From Eubacteriales bacterium (GTDB taxonomy: Bacteria; Bacillota; Clostridia; Oscillospirales; CAG-382): a stretch of DNA of 47,609 nt. Positions 8,823-17,886 of this stretch are shown in pieces. Positions within the stretch are counted from its first letter, which is position 1. Every line of letters starts with the position of its first letter. Where the stretch lies: the NCBI GenBank assembly GCA_045604285.1, contig JAZUNS010000043.1:1-47609 (forward strand). Reading direction: 5' to 3'. The notes beneath the pieces were generated by a model. That model was not told the origin of the DNA, did not search any database, and saw only the letters and a list, made by a program, of their open reading frames with translations. A program made the translations under genes and the position numbers.

Positions 8823-8857
8823 AAAAAGGTGTCTGCAGATTGGCAGACACCTTTTTT
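8823..8857 (-). terminator. rho-independent terminator downstream of the giant surface protein gene
   Basis: 9-bp GC-rich stem GGTGTCTGC/GCAGACACC with a 6-nt loop. A-run and T-run on either side give a U-tract on the minus strand. Confidence 0.8.
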
Positions 8858-8873
8858 AACATATTACATTAAA

Positions 8874-11800
8874 TTAACGACTTTTCTTCTTTGCAACTAC
8901 CACGCCGGTTATTCCTAAGGAAGCAACCATAAGCGTTGCAAAAAGCGCAAGACCTGCATCGCCGGTATCGGGTGTTTGAGCGTCGGGCTTAAACGTAGCC
9001 TTAATTATAGCGTTGCCGCTACCAATTGTAAAGGTAGTATCATCAGCAAACTCATCAGCTATAACACCGTTGCCTTCAACGATTACCCACTTATCAAACA
9101 CATAACCTTCGGGGGCGGCATCAGCAACTATCTCGATGGTAGATCCAACAAGATAACCGTTTTCATCGGCGTTGTCGATATAACCGTTCTGCACTTCAAG
9201 ATTATACAAAACATCAGCATATTCAGCGCGAACAACTACATCGCTGGTGCCAACCGTAATAGTAGTTTCAGCAGAATCAGGATCTTCTATTACGGCATCG
9301 CCTTCAACAACTACCCAACCCAAGAACACCTTATCGGCAGGAGCAGCATCAGCAACGATGCGAACCTCATCGCCTGTCAAATAATACTCTTGAGCATCCT
9401 CAAGTACTACCGTACCGTTAATGATATCGATCGTATATGCTTCTACATAATTTGCGGTAATTGTGGCATCTGCCTTAATAACAACGGTAATAGTATCACT
9501 TTCAGGAGCAGAAATTTCTACATTGCCTTCGGTAACCGTCCAACCCTGGAACACGGTTCCTTCGGGGATGTCGGCACTGATTTCAACTTCTGTATTGTAC
9601 TCATAGTCACCGCTACCGGTACCATTAACAACTACAAGAGTATAAACGATTGCAGAATATTCAGCACGTAATACCACACTACTGTCGGAAACGGTTACGG
9701 TCGTGGAAAGAGAGGTAGGATCAGCTATGTCGGCATCACCTTCAACAACCACCCAACCGTCAAACTGCATACCTTCTGCAGGAGCATCAGCATTGATCTT
9801 TACGCTATCACCGGTGAAGTAATGCTCTTTAACATCATCAGAAGAGATCTCGCCATTGATAACTTCAATATCAAATACTTTTATCCAGTTAGATTCGATT
9901 GTAGCGTCGCCTATAATCGTAACTACGGTAGATTCGGAATCGGCATCAGCAATATCAGCCTCTCCGTTTACAACTGTCCAGCCGTCAAATATGTAATTTT
10001 CACCGGGAGCAGTTGCTTTGATCTCAACGTCTTCATCAAATACGTAAGATCCGCTGCCTTCACCGCCTTCAACAACAAGATCATACTCAACATCGGTATA
10101 AGTTGCTTCAATCACAACGTTACCGCCTGTAACGGTAATAACGGTTTCTGCAGAAGATGCATCTTCTATAGAACAATTACCTTCAACAATTACCCATCCT
10201 GCAAATTGCTTATGCGCTTCAGGGGCATCGGCAGTAATATTAATCTCGGTGTCAACCTTATAACCGTCCTCGGAATAATCATTTTCATCTACAACACCGT
10301 TATTTACGGTTACGTCATAGAGAATATCTGTATATACAGCACGTACAGTGGTGGCTACATTGCTTGTAACAACTGTGGTGGAAGAAGCGTTAACATCGGC
10401 AATTGTACATTCGCCAACAACAACTTCCCAGTGAGAAAATTGCTTGTGTGCAGCGGGAGCATCTGCAACTATTGCTGCAGTATCACCCTTAACGTAATCG
10501 CCATCACCCGTACCGTTTTCAACAGTCAGCGAATATACTCTATCCTTGTAGACAGCTTCAATTACGCTATCGGTTTTTGTAGAAACGTTGGTTTGAGGAT
10601 TGTTTACATCTTCAATTACTGCATCACCGGAAACAAGGACCCACTTATCAAATACCTTTTCAGGATCGCTATGAGCCTCTGCAATTATTTCAACGCTTGA
10701 ACCGTAAGCGTATCTACCATCACCACTACCGTTGTTTACGGTAAGAGAATAAAGCTTATCTGTGTACTGAGCAATGATCTTTGCATCGGAACTGCCTACG
10801 ACGAAAGTGGTATTTGCTTCGGTTTCGGAAGCCAATTCACCGTCGCCTTCAACTATCCAACCGATAAATTCCTTGTGAGGAATATCATCTGCACTTATGG
10901 AAAGTTCAGTACCGTTATCGTAAATATTATCAGGATTTGCATTGCTGATGGTACCGTTTTCAACAGTGACCTCAAAGGTGCTTTCGCTACCGTAAATTTC
11001 GACTTCACCGATTACAATCTGAGGATCGGGGAAGTACTGGTTAACGAGTCCAACATAATCAGTAGTAACAGTGACAACAACGTATCTGCAAGATACTGCG
11101 TCGGTAGCTGTAACATCATATTTACATGCAACTGAAGTAAGGTTGGATTCTACACCGAAATCTTCAAACTCAATCTTATCGTATGCACTTTCATCAAGAC
11201 CGTTCGTGATGGAACCGATGACAACGGCATTGCTGCCGTCGGGATTGTTGGAGCCTTTAAATACTATAGTATTGGGTAACTGGGTCTGCGAAGCGAGATC
11301 TGCATATTTTGCAGTAATACTTGCTGCGGAAACATCATAATAATCACCGAGGTCAAACACAAAGGTGATGTTTTTACCGGTGCTTGCCTTATAGGCTTCC
11401 CAGTATGCGTTAGCCGTAATAGGATAGAGCTGATCATTCACATAGCTCATATCGTGACCGCCAACTGCAGTGCCTGCAGAAAGCACAACGTCGGAGTTAG
11501 GTGCCAAGTTATCATCAACAGGCTTGTTGATCTCTGTAAAGACAGCTTCAACGGTTGCGTCACCGTTAACAACGTAAGTATATACACCGTTTTCTTCGGA
11601 AACGTTGCCTACGCTTGCGATCCACTTTTCAAATTCTTCGTTGCCGGGAACACTTACTTCATTGGGTACAACCTGGATAACACTGCCAGCCAGGAAGCCG
11701 CCGTCTTCTTCGCTGTAATCTTCTTCGTTGTAGATCATTTCGCCGCCGATAACATCAACGGTATATCTTGCGGGAGTACCGTATATTTCAACCTCACCTA

Positions 11801-14324
11801 CAGCGATATTACTGTTTTTATAAGTATTTTGACCGAAGGTGAAATTATAGTCCGTAGACATTTCGATGAATATATATCTGTAACCTTCGGTGTCATTAAC
11901 GGCAATTTTGTAAATTCCGGAATTAGCGTCAAGAGTTATGCCGTCTTCAAAGGCGAGTTTCTCGGTCATATCGGAAACTACAGATTCAACAAGACAAACC
12001 TTGTCACTGCCATCAGCGTTATTTGCGCCGTAAACTTTAATGAGGTCAGTATATACAAAACCATCAAGTCTGGAGAAGTTGATTACAACATCAGAAACAT
12101 CGTACACTGCTCCTAAATCGTAGGAAAGCACAACGCTTTCACCATCGGTAAGAACCAACCAATTACCATCTGACATCAAAGGATAAAGCTGATCTTTAGT
12201 GAAAGAATCTGCGCCGTCAACGATAGTACCCTGTTCTACTTTAACGGGAGTATCAACGTTAACAAGATTTTCGGGAACGTCCTTATAGGTCCAAACGTAT
12301 ATTGCTTTAACCTCGGCATTGGAATTTACAACAGCAACGGTTTCAGCAGAATTTACATCGGCAATTACAACGTCACCGGACACTATTTCCCATTTATAGA
12401 AAACATAGCCTTCTTCTGCTTCATCGGCAACGATTTCAGCAGTTTCACCGGGATTGTACGTGCCGCTGCCTGAGCCGTTGGTAACTGCAAGAGTACAAGT
12501 ATCCTTATAGCTTGCGGTAACCGTAGCTTCACCGTAAACGGTTACAGTGCTTTCAGGGGAAGTAGGATCGTCTACAACCGCGTCACCGGTAACAAGCCAT
12601 TTATCGAACACACGACCTTCTTCGGGCTCGTCTGCAAAAATATCAAGGATGGTACCGTAGGTAACCTCATCAAAAGTAGAACCGTCTTCAAATGTACCGT
12701 TAATGACATCGATGCTGTAGAATACGTCGTCATAAACAGCAACGATAACTTCATCAGAATTACCAACTGTAAAGGTAGACAAGTCGTCGGAAAAACTACC
12801 GGTCTGGTTTTGAGCTTCCCAACCTGCAAAGGTCTTATGTTCTACATCTTCAGGAACTATATTAAGAACAGAACCGGGATAATACATATCATCATCAGAA
12901 GCATTTTCTATAGTACCGTTTTCGATAGTAACGGAAACCTTAGCTGCCTCACCGATGATTTCAACTTCACCAACAGCAACATCAGCATACCCATCTTCGC
13001 TCGCCGCACCGTATATGCGAAGAGTTATATCGGTATACTTACCGGCATCAAAACCGGATATGGTATATTGATAAGCATTAGCAGCATTAACAGTAACGGT
13101 AGACGCATAATTAGAACTGTCTGTAACACCGTTATAATATGCAACACCGTCTGTTACATCGCCAAGGAAAACAGTATTACCGTCAGCATCAACGCCATAA
13201 GCTTCAATAACAGAAGGCAATTCTGTATCTGCGGTATCGTTAACGGTAATTACCAAGCTATCAACCTCGGAAAGAGACTGAAGCTTGAATCCTACGTCAA
13301 CTATACCATTTTGAGAAGTTGGAACAACCGTATATTTAGATTTTTCAGTAAGAGGATACAACAAATCGTTAAGATAACCGTCGGTATACTTTTCAAAAGG
13401 CTGGCCATTTATTGCTATGGAATACGTAGCATTAGTAGCAAGATTAGCCTCTGCATCATCATGGTTATCAACAGTTATTGTATAAGAACCGCCACGACCG
13501 TAAACGGAATCGTGGTAAAGCATATTATCGCTCCAATAATATGCATCAGCAAACTGCTCAATACCGGGATAAGGAACGGTAAAGGTGTATTCTGCCCCAT
13601 CTTCTGCATCAGCACTCATTACAAGTGGAACGCAAAAATAGAACTGACCGTCTTCTATTATACCGAAATCGCCGAACTCAACACCGGATACTCTGAGAGA
13701 AAAGTGCTGACCCATGCCATTTACGGAAGCATCCAGATAATCAGCAGGAGGATCGCTGGGAGTATAAAGTCTTGCCCAGTTCATGGTGACATCAAAATCA
13801 GCCATACCCTCAAGCTTTTCGATGCTTATAAATTTCTTAAACCACGTAGAGTCCAAAATGCCGGTCTTGCCGGGAGCAAGGCTTACCACTTTGCCGCCAT
13901 AGTAACGGTCTATAGCCTCTACGTCATAAGTATAAAAGCCTTCAAAATCATAAAAACCGTCATATTTGGTAAGCTTTTCGGTTTCTATATCGGTGCAGGC
14001 GATTTTAAACCAAAAAACGTCACCTGCTTTTACAGAAGTAACGGGATTGGTTAAATCAACGTTGCCATCTTCACCATATGCATAAACGGAAGGCTCGTAA
14101 GTGAAATAATAATCGGAGATAATGGGAGCTATTCCGTCGATGTTAGGAAAAGGTAAGCCTTCAGTTTGATCGTTAGGATCGGGCATACCTGTGCCTTCAT
14201 CAAGATAATCCCATTCTACGATTTCATAGTCACTTGCGTTGATGGAAACGGTCAAACACGTTGTGACAACCATCAAGCAGGCTATGAAGAACGCAATCGT
14301 TCTCTTAGCGGGAGATCTTTTCAT
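8874..14324 (-). CDS. giant (1816-aa) cell-wall-anchored surface protein: signal peptide, ~300-aa unassigned N-terminal region, 3 discoidin (F5/8 type C)-like modules, ~13 divergent InlB-B-repeat-like modules, C-terminal sorting signal
   Basis: The ORF track gives 8874-14390. I prefer the ATG at 14324 (MKRSPAKRTIAFFIACLMVVTTCLTVSINA, a typical signal peptide) with AGAGAGG upstream. ~70-aa repeats each end in F-x-(G/K/H)-W...Y(T/K/A)D. Three modules end in (V/I)GEVEI(I/Y)G. The tail is TPDTGD + hydrophobic stretch + KKKSR. Confidence 0.9.
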   Translation of the reverse strand: MKRSPAKRTIAFFIACLMVVTTCLTVSINASDYEIVEWDYLDEGTGMPDPNDQTEGLPFPNIDGIAPIISDYYFTYEPSVYAYGEDGNVDLTNPVTSVKAGDVFWFKIACTDIETEKLTKYDGFYDFEGFYTYDVEAIDRYYGGKVVSLAPGKTGILDSTWFKKFISIEKLEGMADFDVTMNWARLYTPSDPPADYLDASVNGMGQHFSLRVSGVEFGDFGIIEDGQFYFCVPLVMSADAEDGAEYTFTVPYPGIEQFADAYYWSDNMLYHDSVYGRGGSYTITVDNHDDAEANLATNATYSIAINGQPFEKYTDGYLNDLLYPLTEKSKYTVVPTSQNGIVDVGFKLQSLSEVDSLVITVNDTADTELPSVIEAYGVDADGNTVFLGDVTDGVAYYNGVTDSSNYASTVTVNAANAYQYTISGFDAGKYTDITLRIYGAASEDGYADVAVGEVEIIGEAAKVSVTIENGTIENASDDDMYYPGSVLNIVPEDVEHKTFAGWEAQNQTGSFSDDLSTFTVGNSDEVIVAVYDDVFYSIDVINGTFEDGSTFDEVTYGTILDIFADEPEEGRVFDKWLVTGDAVVDDPTSPESTVTVYGEATVTASYKDTCTLAVTNGSGSGTYNPGETAEIVADEAEEGYVFYKWEIVSGDVVIADVNSAETVAVVNSNAEVKAIYVWTYKDVPENLVNVDTPVKVEQGTIVDGADSFTKDQLYPLMSDGNWLVLTDGESVVLSYDLGAVYDVSDVVINFSRLDGFVYTDLIKVYGANNADGSDKVCLVESVVSDMTEKLAFEDGITLDANSGIYKIAVNDTEGYRYIFIEMSTDYNFTFGQNTYKNSNIAVGEVEIYGTPARYTVDVIGGEMIYNEEDYSEEDGGFLAGSVIQVVPNEVSVPGNEEFEKWIASVGNVSEENGVYTYVVNGDATVEAVFTEINKPVDDNLAPNSDVVLSAGTAVGGHDMSYVNDQLYPITANAYWEAYKASTGKNITFVFDLGDYYDVSAASITAKYADLASQTQLPNTIVFKGSNNPDGSNAVVIGSITNGLDESAYDKIEFEDFGVESNLTSVACKYDVTATDAVSCRYVVVTVTTDYVGLVNQYFPDPQIVIGEVEIYGSESTFEVTVENGTISNANPDNIYDNGTELSISADDIPHKEFIGWIVEGDGELASETEANTTFVVGSSDAKIIAQYTDKLYSLTVNNGSGDGRYAYGSSVEIIAEAHSDPEKVFDKWVLVSGDAVIEDVNNPQTNVSTKTDSVIEAVYKDRVYSLTVENGTGDGDYVKGDTAAIVADAPAAHKQFSHWEVVVGECTIADVNASSTTVVTSNVATTVRAVYTDILYDVTVNNGVVDENDYSEDGYKVDTEINITADAPEAHKQFAGWVIVEGNCSIEDASSAETVITVTGGNVVIEATYTDVEYDLVVEGGEGSGSYVFDEDVEIKATAPGENYIFDGWTVVNGEADIADADSESTVVTIIGDATIESNWIKVFDIEVINGEISSDDVKEHYFTGDSVKINADAPAEGMQFDGWVVVEGDADIADPTSLSTTVTVSDSSVVLRAEYSAIVYTLVVVNGTGSGDYEYNTEVEISADIPEGTVFQGWTVTEGNVEISAPESDTITVVIKADATITANYVEAYTIDIINGTVVLEDAQEYYLTGDEVRIVADAAPADKVFLGWVVVEGDAVIEDPDSAETTITVGTSDVVVRAEYADVLYNLEVQNGYIDNADENGYLVGSTIEIVADAAPEGYVFDKWVIVEGNGVIADEFADDTTFTIGSGNAIIKATFKPDAQTPDTGDAGLALFATLMVASLGITGVVVAKKKSR
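8991..10978 (-). repeat. tandem array of 9 divergent ~70-75-aa coding repeats (InlB-B-repeat / Flg_new-like) inside the giant gene
   Basis: Consecutive units such as YSLTVNNGSGDGRY...EKVFDKWVLVSGDAVIEDVNNP...IEAVYKD and YTLVVVNGTGSGDY...GTVFQGWTVTEGNVEIS...ITANYVE. Protein-level periodicity only; the DNA copies are diverged. Confidence 0.8.
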
Positions 14325-14376
14325 AAATTGTACCTCTCTTCCTGAAGATAAAGCTACGTATAGCAATTTACAGTAT

Positions 14377-14405
14377 ATTATACCATTCACTTTAGTTTAT
14401 GTCAA
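14377..14405 (-). promoter_or_regulatory. consensus sigma-A promoter (extended -10) for the giant surface protein gene
   Basis: The minus strand reads TTGACA-17 nt-(TGG)TATAAT, about 50 nt upstream of the ATG at 14324. It lies inside the 14325-14390 extension of the tracked ORF, which argues against that extension. Confidence 0.7.
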
Positions 14406-14548
14406 CAACTTATTTAAAATTTTAAGCTGTTAATTATTGCAAAATGCAAAAATCTTATAAATATTGTTTGCGTCATCTTAGTATAAACTCGTATCTTTTG
14501 GCAAGAATATCAGTGATGGAATAAACTGTTGATGGGACGTGTTAAGAT

Positions 14549-14938
14549 ATGAATGTGACAAACAGCCAAGGTATAAGAAGAGGTGACATTTATTACGCTG
14601 ATCTTAGTCCTGTTGTCGGCTCTGAGCAAGGCGGTGTAAGACCGGTGTTGATAATACAAAACGATATAGGAAATAAATACAGTCCTACCGTTATCGCTGC
14701 TGCTATAACCAGCCAAACAGGAAAGACGAGATTGCCTACCCACATCGACGTATTGGCAACCGCAGGCCTGGCAAAAGATTCTGTAATACTGTTGGAACAA
14801 ATCAGAACTATTGACAAGCGCCGATTAAAAGAAAAAATGGGCCACTTGGATGAAAGCATGATGGCCCGTGTTAACGAGGCTATAAGTGTAAGCTTTGGCC
14901 TTTCTACAGAAGATTCGCAAACCATGTTCACCGCTTAA
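14549..14938 (+). CDS. mazF: MazF/PemK-family (EndoA-like) type II toxin endoribonuclease
   Basis: 129 aa. [47 protein letters not shown]...LPTHIDV...[17 protein letters not shown] is near-colinear with B. subtilis EndoA (NdoA) as I remember it. Confidence 0.9.
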   Translation: MNVTNSQGIRRGDIYYADLSPVVGSEQGGVRPVLIIQNDIGNKYSPTVIAAAITSQTGKTRLPTHIDVLATAGLAKDSVILLEQIRTIDKRRLKEKMGHLDESMMARVNEAISVSFGLSTEDSQTMFTA

Positions 14939-14943
14939 CCGGC

Positions 14944-14980
14944 ATAGGGCTGTTTTATTGCAAACAGCCCTATATTTTAT
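14944..14980 (+). terminator. rho-independent terminator after mazF
   Basis: 12-bp stem ATAGGGCTGTTT/AAACAGCCCTAT, 6-nt loop, then ATTTTAT. Confidence 0.75.
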
Positions 14981-14982
14981 AA

Positions 14983-15011
14983 TTGATTTATTTCTAAAAT
15001 CATTGTATAAT
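14983..15011 (+). promoter_or_regulatory. sigma-A promoter for the pseudouridine synthase gene
   Basis: TTGATT-17 nt-TATAAT. The -10 overlaps the tracked ORF start at 15010, which favours the ATG at 15034. Confidence 0.6.
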
Positions 15012-15033
15012 GGCTTTGGTGGTGAATTTATTA

Positions 15034-15987
15034 ATGAAAGAGATAATAATAAACAAAAACGAAGGCGGACAAAGGATAGACAAGTTTTTATCAAAACGTT
15101 TTAAAACAATGCCACAGTCGCTGATATACAAATTCTTAAGAACAAAAAGAGTCAAACTAAACGGCAAAAAGGCAGCACCCGGCGATTTCATTGAAGAAAA
15201 CGACGTTTTGACCTTTTATATTTCCGACGAATTCTTCTCCGATGCTAACGAGGAAAAGGCGTACACCCACATTAAACCTCAGTTGAACATAGTATACGAA
15301 GACGATAACGTTATTCTTGTTGACAAACCGGTGGGGTTGCTTTGTCATTCTGACGAAAACGAAGGCTATAACACTTTAATTAATCACATAAAAGCATATC
15401 TTGCAGAAAAAGGCGAGTACAACACCAATGAAGCATTTGCCCCTGCACTGTGCAACAGAATTGACAGAAACACTTGTGGGATAGTTATTGCAGCCAAAAC
15501 GGCGGCAGCATTACGCGATATGAACAGACGAATCAAGGAACGTTCGGTAAAAAAGATATATTTAGCTGCTGTACACGGTGTTCCGGAAAAGAAAGCCGGT
15601 ACGTTAACGGATTACATAAGAAAAGACGAGAAAGCAAATCGTGTATTTTTAAGCAAAACAAAAAAGCACGATGAAGAGAAAACTGCCGTAACAAAATACA
15701 TCGTATTAGAAACGGCGAGCGATATTTCTCTTGTTGAGGCTGAGCTTGTCACGGGCAGAACACATCAAATTCGTGCACAATTTGCCGCCATAGGGCATCC
15801 GCTTTTGGGTGACGGCAAATACGCCGTAAACAAAAAAGACCGACAACTTGGTTACAGTCATCAGTCTTTATGTTCTTATAAGCTTAAATTTAATAGCACA
15901 GAAAACGATAGTCTATCCTACTTAGACGGCAAAACGTTTTTTGCTGCACGTCCGTCTTTTTTAAAGCTTTTTAAATATCGTTTTTAA
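15034..15987 (+). CDS. RluA-family 23S rRNA pseudouridine synthase with N-terminal S4 domain
   Basis: The ORF track gives 15010-15987. I prefer MKEIIINKNEGGQRIDKFL at 15034 (GGTGGTGA upstream, promoter position). S4-like RIDKFLSKRF...VKLNGKK; catalytic-loop variant NRIDRNTCG; TGRTHQIRAQ motif. Confidence 0.85.
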   Translation: MKEIIINKNEGGQRIDKFLSKRFKTMPQSLIYKFLRTKRVKLNGKKAAPGDFIEENDVLTFYISDEFFSDANEEKAYTHIKPQLNIVYEDDNVILVDKPVGLLCHSDENEGYNTLINHIKAYLAEKGEYNTNEAFAPALCNRIDRNTCGIVIAAKTAAALRDMNRRIKERSVKKIYLAAVHGVPEKKAGTLTDYIRKDEKANRVFLSKTKKHDEEKTAVTKYIVLETASDISLVEAELVTGRTHQIRAQFAAIGHPLLGDGKYAVNKKDRQLGYSHQSLCSYKLKFNSTENDSLSYLDGKTFFAARPSFLKLFKYRF

Positions 15988-17266
15988 TTAAGTCCTCGTA
16001 GGTTTCCCTTTTTATAATTAACTTATCCCCATCTGCACCTACGCCAACCATAGCGGGGCGAGGCAGTCGGTTATAATTGGAAGCCATGGAATAATTGTAG
16101 GCGCCGGTCACAAGAACGGCGAGAATATCTCCCCTATTGCAGGGCTGGATTTCTGCATTTTCTTGTATCAAGTCTCCGCTTTCACAGCACCTGCCGGCTA
16201 TAGTAGCGGTTACGGTTTTTTCATCACCTGCTTTGTTCGCAACAAGGCAGGTGTATTTTGATTGATACAAAGCATATCTTGGATTATCGGGCATCCCGCC
16301 GTCTATTGAAACGTAAGACTTATAACCGGTTATCGTCTTAAACGAACCAACGGTATAAAGGGTAAGACCTGCAGCTGCAACTATAGACCTGCCGGGCTCA
16401 AAATAAATCCTAAGCTTAGATACACCGTGCTTCTCATAAGCAGCATTAATGGAAGCAGCTATATCGGAAAGTGCCTTATCGTAATCATAAACGGGATCGC
16501 TTTCTACGTATCTTACACCAAAACCGCCGCCAAGATTTAATGCAGAAACCTCGTATCCTGTTTCTGCTTTTATATTAGCTATAAAGCCTATCATTATATC
16601 TGCGGCAGATGCATACGGATCATACTCAAAGATCTGAGATCCTATATGGCAATGAACGCCTTCAAGGCTAAGTGAATCTTGTGCCAGGATTAGCTTTATA
16701 GATTCCATCGCTTGACCTGTTTCAATAGCAACGCCGAACTTAGAATCTACCGAGCCCGTTACAACAGCTTTGTGGGTATGCGGATCAATACCGGGGCTAA
16801 CCCTAAGCATCACTTTAACTTTTACGTTTCTTTTTTTAGCTTCAGTTGATAGGGCAACTATTTCTTCGTTATTGTCTACAACAAAGCATCCAACACCGCA
16901 ATCCAGAGCAAAGCGTATATCCTCATCGGTTTTATTATTTCCGTGGAAATATGCCCTCTCCATGGGAAATCCTGCAGAAAAAGCAGTATAAATTTCACCA
17001 CCGGAAACCATATCTGTACCTATCCCCGCCTTTGCGGCTATTCGGTAAACCTCTTTACAAGACAAAGCCTTTGAAGCTATAAGGGGCATGCTGCCCTCTC
17101 CAAAATGCTTTTCAATAAGATTTTTGTACATAACGCAATTGTTATATACCATATCTGTATCAAGCACGTAAAGAGGCGTGCCATACTTTTTTGCAAGCTC
17201 AACAGTATCGAAGCCATTTATAAGCAAGTGGTTATTTTCAGAAATCTGTAAATTTTCATGGAGCAT
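15971..17266 (-). CDS. lysA: diaminopimelate decarboxylase
   Basis: The tracked ORF starts at 17344. I prefer the ATG at 17266 (MLHENLQISE...; AAGGTGA upstream; 2 nt after the engB stop). Motifs ASKALSC, HIGSQ, GGGFGVRY and CESGD. Confidence 0.9.
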   Translation of the reverse strand: MLHENLQISENNHLLINGFDTVELAKKYGTPLYVLDTDMVYNNCVMYKNLIEKHFGEGSMPLIASKALSCKEVYRIAAKAGIGTDMVSGGEIYTAFSAGFPMERAYFHGNNKTDEDIRFALDCGVGCFVVDNNEEIVALSTEAKKRNVKVKVMLRVSPGIDPHTHKAVVTGSVDSKFGVAIETGQAMESIKLILAQDSLSLEGVHCHIGSQIFEYDPYASAADIMIGFIANIKAETGYEVSALNLGGGFGVRYVESDPVYDYDKALSDIAASINAAYEKHGVSKLRIYFEPGRSIVAAAGLTLYTVGSFKTITGYKSYVSIDGGMPDNPRYALYQSKYTCLVANKAGDEKTVTATIAGRCCESGDLIQENAEIQPCNRGDILAVLVTGAYNYSMASNYNRLPRPAMVGVGADGDKLIIKRETYEDLIKNDI

Positions 17267-17268
17267 AA

Positions 17269-17874
17269 TTACATCACCTTTTCTACGATACTTGCCATAA
17301 GAGCCTCTCTCCCCAGCCCTTTCAGAGATGAGTACAAAACACATTGAGTGCCGGCCTTTACAGCAGGATCGTTAATTATTTTGTTGACTTGATTGTTAAG
17401 TTCTGTTTTGTTCAACTTATCGCACTTTGTTATAACGAGCATATAAGGCACGTCATAGTGATAAAGCCAATCCAGCATTTGCCTATCGTCTGCAGTTATA
17501 CCGGCACGGCTGTCTATAAGCTGCAGAACCAAGCATAGTGACCCATTGTTTTCAAAATAGCCTGCGGTAAGCTTTGACCATTTTGAAATATCTGTTTTGC
17601 TTCTTCTGGCAAAACCGTATCCGGGCAAATCCACAAGGTTAAGCTTTTTATCAACGTTATAATAGTTTACCGTTATTGTTTTACCGGGTTCTGAGCTGAC
17701 GCGTGCCAACTTTTTTCTACCTAAAAGAGAATTAATAAGGGAACTTTTACCCACGTTGGAACGGCCGGAGAAGGCTACCTGCGGCACGCCCTCTTTTATT
17801 AATTGTCTTTCGATGCCTGCCGTGAGTATTAACTCCGTATTATGTAGGTTAATATCTCCAAATTTCATCTCCAT
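17269..17874 (-). CDS. engB: ribosome-biogenesis GTPase YihA/YsxC (EngB)
   Basis: 201 aa. G1 GRSNVGKSS, then DLPGYG and TKCDK. The position downstream of lon matches Bacillus. Confidence 0.9.
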   Translation of the reverse strand: MEMKFGDINLHNTELILTAGIERQLIKEGVPQVAFSGRSNVGKSSLINSLLGRKKLARVSSEPGKTITVNYYNVDKKLNLVDLPGYGFARRSKTDISKWSKLTAGYFENNGSLCLVLQLIDSRAGITADDRQMLDWLYHYDVPYMLVITKCDKLNKTELNNQVNKIINDPAVKAGTQCVLYSSLKGLGREALMASIVEKVM

Positions 17875-17886
17875 ATAATCATACCT

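Noticed and set aside
8991-10978. Regular ~210-220-nt periodicity that could be mistaken for a repeat array or CRISPR
   Set aside because: The periodicity is in-frame protein repeats with diverged DNA. There are no short identical direct repeats with unique spacers and no cas genes.
8976-14054. Series of long plus-strand ORFs (231, 292, 86, 89, 220, 414 aa) inside the giant gene
   Set aside because: All are antisense to the repeat-rich surface protein gene, whose biased codon usage (GTT/ACC/GGT/GAA-rich) removes stop codons from the opposite strand. The products are Ile/Asn/Phe/Cys-rich low-complexity sequence with no RBS.
14437-14449. Palindrome TTGCAAAATGCAA between the giant gene promoter and mazF, considered as a possible operator or invertible-promoter repeat
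   Set aside because: It is a single short hairpin-type palindrome with no second inverted copy flanking the promoter and no recombinase nearby.
14444-14524. 26-aa ORF (MQKSYKYCLRHLSINSYLLARISVME) upstream of mazF, considered as a candidate antitoxin
   Set aside because: It is too short, is basic and hydrophobic rather than acidic, has no RBS and shows no RHH/AbrB-like pattern. It is kept only as a remote possibility under the orphan-MazF finding.
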